Below, piece by piece: positions 49,476 to 60,508 of a DNA stretch of 64,000 nucleotides. The stretch covers positions 14,880,001-14,944,000 of the forward strand of contig NC_043023.1 of assembly GCF_006345805.1 (NCBI RefSeq), in the 5' to 3' direction. The notes beneath the pieces are model-generated. The model had not been told where the DNA came from. It saw nothing but the letters and a program-made list of their open reading frames with translations, and did no database searches. Every line of letters starts with the position of its first letter. Within the stretch, counting starts at the first letter, position 1. Both the position numbers and the translations under genes were made by a program. Source of the DNA: Octopus sinensis (Eukaryota).

Positions 49476-49890
49476 TAATACATGAGGCAGAAGCAAGCTG
49501 GCAGAATCATTAGCACGGCAGGCAAAATGCTTAGCAGTATTCCGCTCGCCTTTACGTTCTGAGTTCAAATTCCACCAAGGTTGAAATTGCTTTTCAACCT
49601 TTGAGGGTCGATAAAATAAGTACTAGTCGAGTATTGGGGTCAAAGTAATCGACTTAACCCCTCAACTGAAATTGCTGGCCTTGTGCCAAAAATTGAAATC
49701 AGTATTACAATACACAAGGTTTTTCTTTTTTTCTTTTACACAATTTCTAATAAAATTTAATAAAAATGATTTTTTTAAACATATAGGTACAGGCACAGGA
49801 GTGGCTCTGTGGTAAGTAGCTTGCTTCCCAATCACATGGTTCCAGGTTCAGTCCCACTGCATGGCACCTTGGGCAAGTGTCTTTTACTAT

Positions 49891-50276
49891 GGATGGAAGC
49901 ACTCCGTTGGCTACGACGACGAGGGTTCCAGTTGATCCGATCAACGGAACAGCCTGCTCGTGAAATTAACGTGTAAGTGGCTGAGCATTCCACAGACACG
50001 TGTACCCTTAACGTAGTTCTCGGGGATATTCAGCGTGACACAGAGAGTGACAAGGCCGGCCCTTTGAAATACAGGTACAACAGAAACAGGAAGTAAGAGT
50101 GAGAGAAAGTTGTGGTGAAAGAGTACAGCAGGGATCACCACCATCCCTGCCGGAGCCTCGTGGAGCTTTTAGGTGTTTTCGCTCAATAAACACTCACAAC
50201 GCCCGGTCTGGGAATTGAAACGTGATCCTACGACCGCGAGTCCGCTGCCCTAACCACTGGGCCATTGCGCCTCCAC
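49891..50276 (-). mobile_element. SINE family E inserted in a family A SINE
   Basis: TSD gtcttttactat at 49879-49890 and 50277-50288; other family E copies at about 38870-39445 and 56500-56790. Confidence 0.82.
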
Positions 50277-50588
50277 GTCTTTTACTATAGCCTCAGGTTG
50301 ACCAAAGCCTTGAGTGGATTTGGTAGATGGAAACTGAAAGAAGCCTGTCGTATATATAATATATGTGTATATATTTATGTGTGTGTCTTTGTGTCTGTGT
50401 CATCCCCTCACCGTCACTTGACAATTGATGTTGGTGTGTTTATGTCCCTGTAACTTAGAATAAATACCAAGTTTACAAAGAATAAGTTCTAGGGTCGATT
50501 TCTTTGACGAAAAGGCAGTGCTCCATGGAAAGGTAGACCTGGGGCTAAACAACAAAAACAATCCACCTGACTTCACTAAATCGAACAA

Positions 50589-50955
50589 TGTATCATCATC
50601 ATCATTGTTCGACTGTGGTCGAGACAATGGAATTTACTATGTTACGCCAGACTTCACGGTCCATCATGGCATTACAGAGGTCCCGTTGCTGGATGTCTGT
50701 ATCCCTGGAGATTACATCAGGGTAGGAGAGTGTGCGCCCTCTGGTATTGCGAGTAGATGGCTTCCAGAGGAGAAGAGTAGAAATTACTTCTTTTTCAGCT
50801 CTACAACAATGTCCAGCAAACTGGACTCTCCTACCTTTCACAAGAGATGACACAGGTGGTAGTTTCCCATATATTTGCATTTTGGTTTGTTGGCGCCTCC
50901 ACGAGAGATTTTGAGCTCTCATAAGGAGAACAATGTATATATGCGGGTCTGGTTG
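50589..50955 (-). mobile_element. 3' fragment of an RTE-clade LINE
   Basis: RRVQFAGHCCRAEKEVISTLLLWKP...RGRTLSYPDVISRDT...MMDREVWR is typical of the RTE ORF C-terminus; it is followed by a (GAT)n tail; 5'-truncated. Confidence 0.8.
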
Positions 50956-51177
50956 AAAGGTATCAGGATTGGGGCTAGGGTTATAAAAAGAAAACTACAA
51001 CACACATCAATTCAACATCTAATCCCCTTCGAAATAGTCCCCTTCTCTCTGAAGCCACAGACTTTATCCTGAATTGTTTCCATTGATGGAAGCATTCCTG
51101 GAACTCCCTTTTTATGATAGCAAGCAGCTGCCATGTTGCATTCTCTTGGATTTCCTAGACGTCTTGAAATCTTGTTC

Positions 51178-51630
51178 CTGGCAGAAGCGTTAGCACGCCG
51201 GGCAAAATGCTTTGCGCTATTTCGTCGGCTGCTACGTTCTGAACTCAAATTCCACCGAGGTCGACTTTGCCTTTCATCCTTTCGGGGTCAATAAAATAAG
51301 TACCTATTTCTTTACTACCCACACGGGGCTAAACAAGGACAGACAAACGGATTAAGTCGATTACATCGACCCCAGTGCGTAACTGGTACTTAATTTATCG
51401 ACCCCGAAAGGATGAAAGGCAAAGTCGACCTGGGCGGAATTTGAACTCAGAACGTAACGGCAGACGAAATACGGCTACGCATTTCGCCCGGGGTGCTAAC
51501 GGTTCTGCCAGCTCGCCGCCTAAAATAAGTACCAGTTACACACTGGGGTCGATATAATCGACTTAATCCGTTTGTCTGTCCTTATTTGTCCCCTCTGTGT
51601 GTAGCCCCTTATGGGCAGTAAAGAAATAAG
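51178..51630. mobile_element. SINE family B copy nested antisense in another family B copy
   Basis: Inner copy 51305-51520 is flanked by a TAAAATAAGTACC duplication (51292-51304 and 51521-51533). Confidence 0.8.
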
Positions 51631-51639
51631 AAAGAAATA

Positions 51640-51915
51640 GAGGGATTACATTCAACCCACATTTCACCACCTGTTGTGACCGTTTTCACAAAGTTTTTTC
51701 GTCATCCTCAGCATAATGAAGGAGATCCTACAAGGCTGAAACCTGATCTTTTCGAGATGACCACACTCTACACACTTTACTTTCAAGCACTGCTATAAAC
51801 AGCAGAAGCGAATGAGAACGTTCTAAAATGGTGTGCATGTGCAACAGAGCTTACAGTCAATTTGTACAGAGTAGCTTCATTCTGCATCCTTCAGCACCAT
51901 TACCGTAGCAACAGT
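51640..51915 (-). pseudogene. Decayed mariner transposase fragment
   Basis: FVKTVTTGGEMWVECNP resembles the mariner FL..I.TGDETWVY.YDP motif; frameshifts and stops upstream. Confidence 0.5.
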
Positions 51916-52223
51916 TCTGATACTTCTTGATCAGATGGGCTTCTTTCAGTTTCCATCTACCAAATCCACTCAAAAGGCTTTGGTCATTCTGAGGCTATAG
52001 TAAAAGACACTTTTTTTTTTACCCTTTTACTTGTTTCAGTCATTTGACTGCGGCCATGCTGGAGCACCGCCTTTAATTGAGCAACTTGACCCCGGGACTT
52101 ATTCTTTGTAAGCCCAGTACTTATTCTATTGGTCTCTTTTGCCGAACTGCTAAGTGACGGGGACATAAACACCAGCATCGGTTGTCAAGCAATGCTAGGG
52201 GGACAAACACAGACACACAAACG

Positions 52224-52274
<51 letters not shown>

Positions 52275-54988
52275 GACGGGCTTCTTTCAGTTTCTGTCTA
52301 CCAAATCCACTCACAAGGCTTTGGTCGGCCTGAGGCAATAGTAAAAGGTACTTGTCCAGAGTTCCACACAGTCGGACTGAACCTGGAACCATGTGGTTGG
52401 GAAGCAAGCTTCTTACCACACAGCCACATCTGAGTGGTTATTTTACCACATGTGGTAGTAAATCACATGTAACTGCACCAGCCTTACACACCCGCTGCGA
52501 TAAACATGTTACATGAGATACAGCATTGGTATGTCTGCTTTTTTTTCCATACAGACATAGATTGAACAAGACATTGTGAGGCAGTATTCTTAAAGGCCAG
52601 ATGCCCTTCCTAATGCCAGCCCTTTATTGCACATCAAAATGCCACTTGCTTGTACACACACATACATACAGATTTCCATTTGCTTTCTATCAACCAAACT
52701 CCTCTCACAGTCAGTCTCAAGCTTAAAATTAAAGACACTTGCCCAAGATGTCATGCAATAGGGCCAAAACCTGGAACCACAGGACTACAAAGCAAACTTC
52801 TTATCACCATCATACTTCGGCACACACATTTCTAAACTGTTTCTTATTTCTTTACTGCCCACAGGGGGCTACACACAGAGGGGACAAACAAGGACAGACA
52901 AAGGAATTTTTCATGTCATTTTTTCATAAGTGATGTAGTGGTGTAGCAAAATTTGACTTATGCATATTAATTTCCATTATATTGTACCAAAATTTCATTC
53001 ATTTATTTGTAGAGTTAAGGAAGTTATTAAAAATTGAAACCCATCAGCGACTTTTGGGACACATGTACCTATATATTTATACATACAGACTTCCTTCTGT
53101 CATGAATGACCAAAAGATTGCACCTAGAAAGTTCCCCTCCGAGGCACAAGTCTCGGCAAGGTTGTTTATGGAAGACCAGCAGTTGCCCAGGCATACCAGC
53201 CTCTCCTCTCCACATCACCAATGTTATGCAAGGGAAAGGCAAAGGCCAATACAGTTTGGCACCAGTGATGTTGCAACTCATTTCTACAGCTGAGAGAACT
53301 GGAGTAACTTAAAATATAGTGTCTTGCTCAAAAACACAACACACAACCCAATCCAAGAATTGAACTCACTACCTCATGATTGTGAGCCCAATGCTCTAAC
53401 TACTGAGCAATGCGCCTTCACATACAGACATACACACATATTAACACATATTTACCAGCCTTTGCCAGACCATAGGTTTTCTAGTATATCCTTTCTTGTT
53501 CATCAATGTAGTAGTTCCAATAGATTTTTGCAGAGGAAACCTGTTGGCTGGGAATGTAAACTACATAATAATTCCACAATATCTAACAATTCTACAGATA
53601 TAAACTGTAGAATTGTTTGGTCACCAGTTCAAACATGTTTAACCTGTTAGACTAGCATTTCTTTATTGCCCACGAGGGGCTAAACAAGGACAGACAAAGG
53701 GATTAAGTCGATTACATCGACCCCAGTATGTAACTGGTACTTAATTTATCAACCCCGAAAGGATGAAAGGCAAAGTCGACCTCGGTGGAATTTGAGCTCA
53801 GAACATAACGGCAGACGAAACACTGCTGAGTATTTTGCCCGGCATGCTAACATTTCGGCCAGCTTGCCACCTTCTTTCAGTTTCTGTCTACCAAATCCAC
53901 TCAGAAGGCTCTGGTAAGCCTGAGGCTATAATAGAAGACACTTGCCCAAGGTGCCATACAGAGGGACTGAACACGGAACCATAGAATGAATAGCTAGAGG
54001 GAGGGTCCATCTGAGTAAAATAGGAATCAAAGGGATCCATAGGTAAAAAATGGTTGAGAAACAGTGTTCTACAACAAGACTATTTCTCCATCAAAAAATA
54101 CAGTAATGGCCTTCTTATGGGTTTGACTATGTCTCAAACATATTAGAACAAATTTATATTTTTATATCAATCGCTGCTTAGCGCTTCTGATTTGAATGCC
54201 CATAATTTCCCTGATGTTCCATAACATCATCTCTAGGAAAATCCACAAAAAATGATTTGAGAAAAACACAAAACATTATGAACTCAAACAAAAAAAATTG
54301 TGAAAACAGTCGCCATTCAAAATCTAACTTAGAATGGATCTGTCTGTCAAACAGAAAAAAAAAACATCATCACTGAGATGCAATATGTAAGCACAAGCCT
54401 CTCTATTTCCCTGTTACCCTCTAACCTTTCATCATTTGATGCTGGATCACTTCCTCTAATGCCCTCACTGTTGTGGCAAAACACCTGCTTCAGTCTGTCA
54501 CACTCATAATTCCTTGTCTTGTGAGTTACATGGTTACCCTGCCAGTGCTGGTACCACATTAAAAGCATCCAGCCCACACTGTAATGTGGTTGGTGCTAAG
54601 ACGGGCACCTACTTCTGTCTCTCTGCCACACTAACCTTTCATCCTCTGACACAAGTTCCCCTCCTCAAATGCCCTGCCCCTCTCATAATTCTTTGTCTTG
54701 TGAGTTACGTGGTTACCCTGCTAGTGCTGGTGCCACATTAAAAGCATCCAGTCCACACTGTAACATGGTTGGCATTTGGAAGGGCATCCAGTTGTAAAAA
54801 TCATGCCAAAACTAACCTCACCTGTGCTAGCGCCACGTAAAAGGTAATGAGTCCACTCTGTGGAGTGGTTGGTGCTAGGAAGGGCATCCAGCCATAAAAA
54901 TCACTGCCAAAGCAAACACAGTAGCTGAGAGTAGTTTTTTTACCTGGTCAGCTCCTGCCAACTGTCCTACCCATGCATGCAGGAAAGA

Positions 54989-55956
54989 TTAACCCTTTCC
55001 TTACTGTATTTATTTTGAGATTCTCTTTATTTCTTTCAATTAATTTTAAATATAACAAAGAATTTAGTAAAATAACTTAGTTATCATTCAGCTAGTGTTA
55101 GGAACATAAATTGTGAGTAAGGTTTGGTGGAAGATTTTAATTAAAAACTTATGAAAACAAGACATTTGTACTCAGAGCCAGAACCGGTTTCAACCGAGTT
55201 GGTAATGAAAGGGTTAAGAATTGTTTCTCTTATATATTTTATCCCTTTCCTTACTGTATTTATTTTGAGATGCTCTGTGTTTCAATTAATTTTAAATATA
55301 ACAAAGAATTTAGTAAAATAACTTAGTTATCATTCAGCTAGTGTTAGGAATATAAATTGTGACTAAGGTTTGGTGGAAGAGTTTAATTCAGAACTTTTGA
55401 AAACAAGACATTTGTCCTACAAAGCCAGAGGCAGTTTCAGCCAGATTTATATCAAAAGAGTTAAAAATATCATGGTGACTTCAACCCTTTTGTTACCATA
55501 TTTCTGTTGAGATGCTCTGTGTTTCTTTCAATTACTTTAAATATAACAAAGAATTTAGTAAAATAACTTAGTTATCATTCAGCTAGTGTTAGGAATATAA
55601 ATTGTGACTAAGGTTTGGTGGAAGATTTTAATTCAGAACTTTTGAAAACAAGACATTTGTCCTACAAAGCCAGAGGCAGTTTCAGCCAGATTTATATCAA
55701 AAGAGTTAAAAATATCATGGTGACTTCAACCCTTTTGTTACCATATTTCTGTTGAGATGCTCTGTGTTTCTTTCAATTACTTTAAATATAACAAAGAATT
55801 TAGTAAAATAACTTAGTTATCATTCAGCTAGTGTTAGGAATATAAATTGTGGCTACGGTTCAGTGGAAGATTTTAATTCAAAACTTATGAAAACAAGACA
55901 TTTGTACTACAGAGCCACAGCCGGTGTCATCCGGGTTGGTAATAACGAAAGAGGTA
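54989..55956. mobile_element. Head-to-tail array of four copies of the 59961-type MITE
   Basis: Copies start near 54989, 55243, 55485 and 55730; only the first has both TTAA-bounded TIRs intact. Confidence 0.75.
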
Positions 55957-56947
55957 AGCAATGATGATAAGTACTAGTCCTGCAGTTCACACATCATGTA
56001 TACAACACGAATCATGCAAATAGGGGCAACAACAAACAACAGACATACAACTAAACTGTGTGACCTACACACAAGACAGCGGGCATCTAACTGTGCCTTG
56101 AAGAAACTTAGTTGAGCAAATTGTCTCCAGTACTTATTTTTTAAGCCTGGTACTCATTCTATCATTCTTTTTTTGCCAAACTGCTAAGCTACAGAAATAT
56201 AAACACAGCAACACTGGTTGTCAAGTGGTGGCAGGGACAAACATGGACACAAAGACATACACATATGTGCAATGAGCTTCTTTCTGCTTCCATCTACCAA
56301 CTTCACTCACGAGGCTTTGGTCAGCCTGAGGCTGTACTAGAAGACACTCGCCACTTGCCCAAGGTACCACGCAGTGGGACTGAACCCAGAACCGTGTAGC
56401 TGGGAAGCTAAGTTCCTACCATACAGCTACACTTATAGCAAAACTATTTAGGACAATATCCTACTGCACGTGTGTGTGTGTGTGTGTGTATATATATCAC
56501 CATGACCGACCACGTTATCAGATATTGCTACACATCGCTGGTCACAATGCGCTTCGCATTGTTTTAGCCTTCAAATGACGCCACCCCGATGGCTAAGTGA
56601 GCAGGCCAACAGAAGAAAGTGAGAGAGAAAGTTATGGCGTAAGAGTACAGCAGGGATCACCACCACCCCTTGCCAGAGCCTCGTGGAGCTTTAGGTGTTT
56701 TCGCTCAATAAACACTCACAATGCCCGGTCTGGGAATCAAAACTGTGATCCTACGACCGCGAGTCCGCTGCCCTAACCATTGGGCCTCCACGTATATATA
56801 TATATACATATATATATATAGGGAAGCTTTATGAAAATAGACAAAAGACGAAGGCAGGTTTACGGAAATAAACAAAAGACGAAGGCAGGTGGAATACAAA
56901 CAAACAATTGTATTAGTATGGCGCTCAGGAAATATAAATAAAACAAG

Positions 56948-56985
56948 TCTTTAACGTTTCGAGCCTATGCTCTTCAACAGAAAGA
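56948..56985 (-). ncRNA. Hammerhead-like motif, core A6 changed to U
   Basis: tcttt-CTGTTGA-A-GAGC-atag-GCTC-GAAA-CGTT-aaaga; stems I and II pair and stem III is the palindrome ACGT. Confidence 0.45.
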
Positions 56986-57330
56986 TACACAGAGAAAAAA
57001 CACAGAAAGAAGGAGAGAAAAAAAATATGCGTGCAGAGGCTAGCGAATCAACATGGCGATCTGATTTCGGCCAGAAGTCAAAGATCAAACATGAGACGCA
57101 ATATATATATATATACATAAATATTACATTTATAAATCACTTAGAGAGATTTATACAGTAGCAGCATGATAAAGTGATGGTTTGTTGCCAACATGTGCTA
57201 CCCACAAGAACACTGAAAATAAATTAAGATCAAGACTAAGAGCCATGGAAAGGAGAATGCTGAAGATTAACAAAATGGATTAACTGAAGACACAACAGGA
57301 GGATAAGAGTGATTATAGGTTTAATGGATA

Positions 57331-57729
57331 CTAGTAGTATCGCCCGGCATTGCTCGGGTTTGTAAGGGAAATAACTATATAAGCATTTTTAGAGATGTAA
57401 AGTATAATAGCCATTTCAATATGGCTAACCACAAGGTGGGGGGTGTTACTGTAGCTTTTTACGTTCTGAGATTTAATAATACATTTTTAGAGAGTTACTT
57501 CCCTTATATAATAGCAAAAAAATGCATTAAAATGAGAAAAAATTATGGTAAATTTTTTTTTAAATCGTAGACTCATCATAGACGCGCGCTAATACCCAGA
57601 AGGGCTCGATATGAATCACGACTATAAGATACCCGGTTTTGGTTAAACTGCACCGCAAAATGTGGGAGTAGTTAGGAATCTAAATCATAGGAGACAGACA
57701 GCACACAACTTCACTTTTATATATAAAGA
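57331..57729 (-). mobile_element. Non-autonomous Helitron, longer form of the same family (399 bp)
   Basis: Reverse-complement match to 11476-11775 with an extra internal segment; same TC and CTAG termini and A|T target. Confidence 0.85.
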
Positions 57730-57772
57730 TTATCTGGAAAATAAAAACATAGAAATGGTCTCTCATTTCTAT

Positions 57773-58180
57773 GAGGCGGCAAGCTGGCAGAAACATTAGC
57801 ATGCCAGGCGAAATGCTTAGCGGTATTTCGTCTGCCGCTACGTTCTGAGTTCAAATTCCGCCGAGGTCGACTTTGCCTTTCATCCTTTTGGGGTCAATTA
57901 AATAAGTACCAGTTACGCACTGGGGTCGATATAATCGACTTAATCCGTTTGTCCTCTCAGTGTTTAGCCCCTTGTGGGTAGTAAAGAAATAGGTATTTCG
58001 TCTGTCTTTACATTCTGAGTTCAAATTCTGCTAAGATCAACTTTACCTTTCATCCTTTCGGTGGTCGATAAACTAAATACCAGTTACGGACTGGGGTCGA
58101 TGTAATTGACTTAATCTCTTAGTCTCTCCTTGTTTGTCCCCCTCTATGTTTAGCCCCTTGTGGGCAATAAAAGAAATAAG
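57773..58180 (+). mobile_element. SINE family B, 1.5-mer
   Basis: Junction aaagaaatag|gtatttcg at 57992/57993. Confidence 0.8.
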
Positions 58181-58199
58181 AAATGGTCTCTGATGGGAT

Positions 58200-58580
58200 G
58201 TCATCATCATCATCATCATCGTCGTTTAACGTCCGTTCTCCATGCTAGCATGGGTTGGACGGTTCGACCGGGGTTCTGGGAAGCCAGAAGGCTGCACCAG
58301 GCTCCAGTCTAATTTGGCAATGTTTCTACAGCTGGATGCCCTTCCTAACGCCAACCACTCCGTGAGTGTAGTGGGTGCTTTTTACGTGCCACCTGCACAG
58401 GTGCCAGGCGGGGCTGGCAACGGCCACGGTCAGATTGGTGTATTTTATGTGCCACCGGCACGGAAGCCAGTCGAGGCGGTGCTGGCATTGGCCACGAGTC
58501 GGATAGTGCTTTTTACGTACCACCAGACCAGGGATCCTGGCTGGTTCAATTCGATTTCGATTTCGCTTGCCCCAACATGT
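58200..58580 (-). mobile_element. SINE-like family C with (GAT)n tail and about 60-bp internal tandem units
   Basis: Plus strand starts (cat)n-cgtttaacgtccg and contains ggatgcccttcctaacgccaacc. Copies at about 4528-4690, 28925-29215, 35897-36300, 37005-37500, 38150-38460 and 61115-61495. Confidence 0.75.
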
Positions 58581-59377
58581 TTAGAAGAAAGTACAATCAA
58601 CAGAATAGCAAACTGACGGAGGGGACACCAGTGTCCAGAAAAAATGAAGGCTTTGTCAGATTCTTTGGTACCCGAACATGGATGAGGCAAACATCAGATG
58701 GTGGTTGGTAAAGAGAACATGCCAAGGCCTTCGTCAAGCAGTGGACTGATCATTAGGGTGGAGTGTTTCTTCACGATTTTCGATTCTGTGATGGGGGTAG
58801 TGCGGAAAAGTTGTGAATGGACATCAAAATAACTGGTGGAAAAAACTTAGAACTTTGCGACAGTATCTTCTGTTTCCACAAATGGATCAATAAATGAAAA
58901 AAGTGGGGGGGAAACCTCTCTCTTTACTCTTTTACTTGTTTCAGTCATTTGACTGCGGCCATGTTGGAGCACCACCTTTAGTCGAGCAACTCGACCCCGG
59001 GACTTATTCTTTGTAAGCCCAGTACTTATTCTATCGGTCTCTTTTGCCGAACCGCTAAGTGACGGGGACGTAAACACACCAGCATCGGTTCTCAAGCAAT
59101 GCTAGGGGGACAAACACAAATACATACATATAAATATATATATATATAATAGAAATATTAAAATTACTAAGTCTCTCTAAAAGAGAACAACGGCAGCGTT
59201 CCCGGAAAATATTAGTTATCGCCATACTAATATGGCATTCTTATAAAAATAAGAAAAAAGCTGACCACTTATTAGCTCCATGAGGCCATCGCCTTAAGTT
59301 AGCTATTTGATACACAAACTGTATCCATATAACCTTTGAACAAGGGAGGTCAGTCGCTCCACACTACTTGGCCGGCA

Positions 59378-59418
59378 GCTACAGACGCGTTTCAGGGTAT
59401 TGCCCTTTTCAATGCAGC
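59378..59418 (-). ncRNA. Inverted sister copy of the U3-A8 hammerhead, weakened stem II
   Basis: Minus strand reads gctgca-TTGAAAA-GGGcaataCCCT-GAAA-CGCGTC-tgtagc. Confidence 0.55.
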
Positions 59419-59738
59419 GTAGCCAAACCAGTAGGTGTCGCTTCCGACAATCTCTGTCAAAGGTTTTATTTACCAGCTTCGGTGGAATACATCCACTTGT
59501 TTTCAATAATAGAAATATTAAAATTACTAAGTCTCTCTAAAAGAGAACAACGGCAGCGTTCCCGGAAAATATTAGTTATCGCCATACTAATATGGCATTC
59601 TTATAAAAATAAGAAAAAAGCTGACCGCTTATTAGCTCCATGAGGCCATCGCCTTAAGTTAGCTATTTGATACACAAACTGTATCCATATAACCTTTGAA
59701 CAGAGATTGTCGGAAGCGACACCTACTGGTTTGGCTAC

Positions 59739-59780
59739 GCTGCATTGAAAAGGGGCAATACCCCGAAACGCGTCTGTAGC
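59739..59780 (+). ncRNA. Minimal type-I hammerhead ribozyme with U3-A8 core variant
   Basis: Stem I gctgca/tgtagc; core TTGAAAA; stem II GGGG-caata-CCCC; GAAA; palindromic ACGCGT; GUC triplet ending at 59774. Confidence 0.7.
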
Positions 59781-59960
59781 TGCCGGCCAAGTAGTGTGGA
59801 GCGACTGACCTCCCTTGTTCAAAGGTTATATGGATACAGTTTGTGTATCAAATAGCTAACTTAAGGCGATGGCCTCATGGAGCTAATAAGCGGTCAGAGA
59901 AGGAGTGTGTATTATACACAAGGTTTAGGTTTTTCAGAGGTACAGCCCCCTAAAAATCCC

Positions 59961-60188
59961 TTAACCCTTTCGTTACTGTATTTATTTTGAGATGCTCTGT
60001 GTTTCTTTCAATTACTTTAGATATAACAAAGAATTTAGTAAAATTACTTAGTTATCATTAAGCTAGTGTTGGGAACCTAAATTGTGACAAAGGTTTGGTG
60101 GGAGATTTTAATTCAAAACTTATGAAAACAAGACATTTGTACTCAGAGTCAGAGCCAGTCTCAGTCGGGTTGGTAACGAAAGGGTTAA
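59961..60188. mobile_element. piggyBac-type MITE, second family (CCCTTTCGTTAC TIR)
   Basis: ttaa-ccctttcgttac ... gtaacgaaaggg-ttaa. Confidence 0.8.
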
Positions 60189-60286
60189 GCTAAGCCTGAA
60201 AGCAATGAAGTCATAAAAAAAATCATCCATAACTTGCAGTAATCAACATTTATTAAACGTTATTACTGTTATTTCTTAATTATCTG

Positions 60287-60508
60287 CAAACAAAATGCAC
60301 AAAAAAGCTACACGTTTGCATTATGTTATATATACAATAATAATAAAGGATGTTACTGTATACATTTTTACAAACCAAGGACGTTATATAGACCCTTAGA
60401 GAAGGGGTTGCTATTATTCACAAGGTTTAGGTTTTTCAGAGGTACAGCCCCCTAAAAATCCCCTGCGTATTATACTCAAGGGCGGACTATACTCGAGGAT
60501 TTACGGTA
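60287..60508. mobile_element. Second copy of the Tc2/pogo-like terminal fragment
   Basis: Same sequence as 254-487; a partial third copy lies at about 59899-59960. Confidence 0.5.

Larger units (their letters stand above)
59146..59897. mobile_element. Penelope-like pLTR or retrozyme-like remnant with direct and inverted units
   Basis: 196-bp direct repeat at offset 360 (59146-59341 and 59506-59701, one mismatch); 81-bp perfect inverted repeat (59621-59701 and 59817-59897); two hammerheads in opposite orientation. Confidence 0.65.

Noticed and set aside
58615-58905. Possible LINE coding fragment
   Set aside because: All frames are interrupted and I could not identify a motif.
59477-59506. 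Second hammerhead-like TTGAAAA...GTGGA/TCCAC...GAAG on the minus strand
   Set aside because: Extra bases before stem II, no convincing stem I and no NUH site; kept only as a note for consensus analysis.
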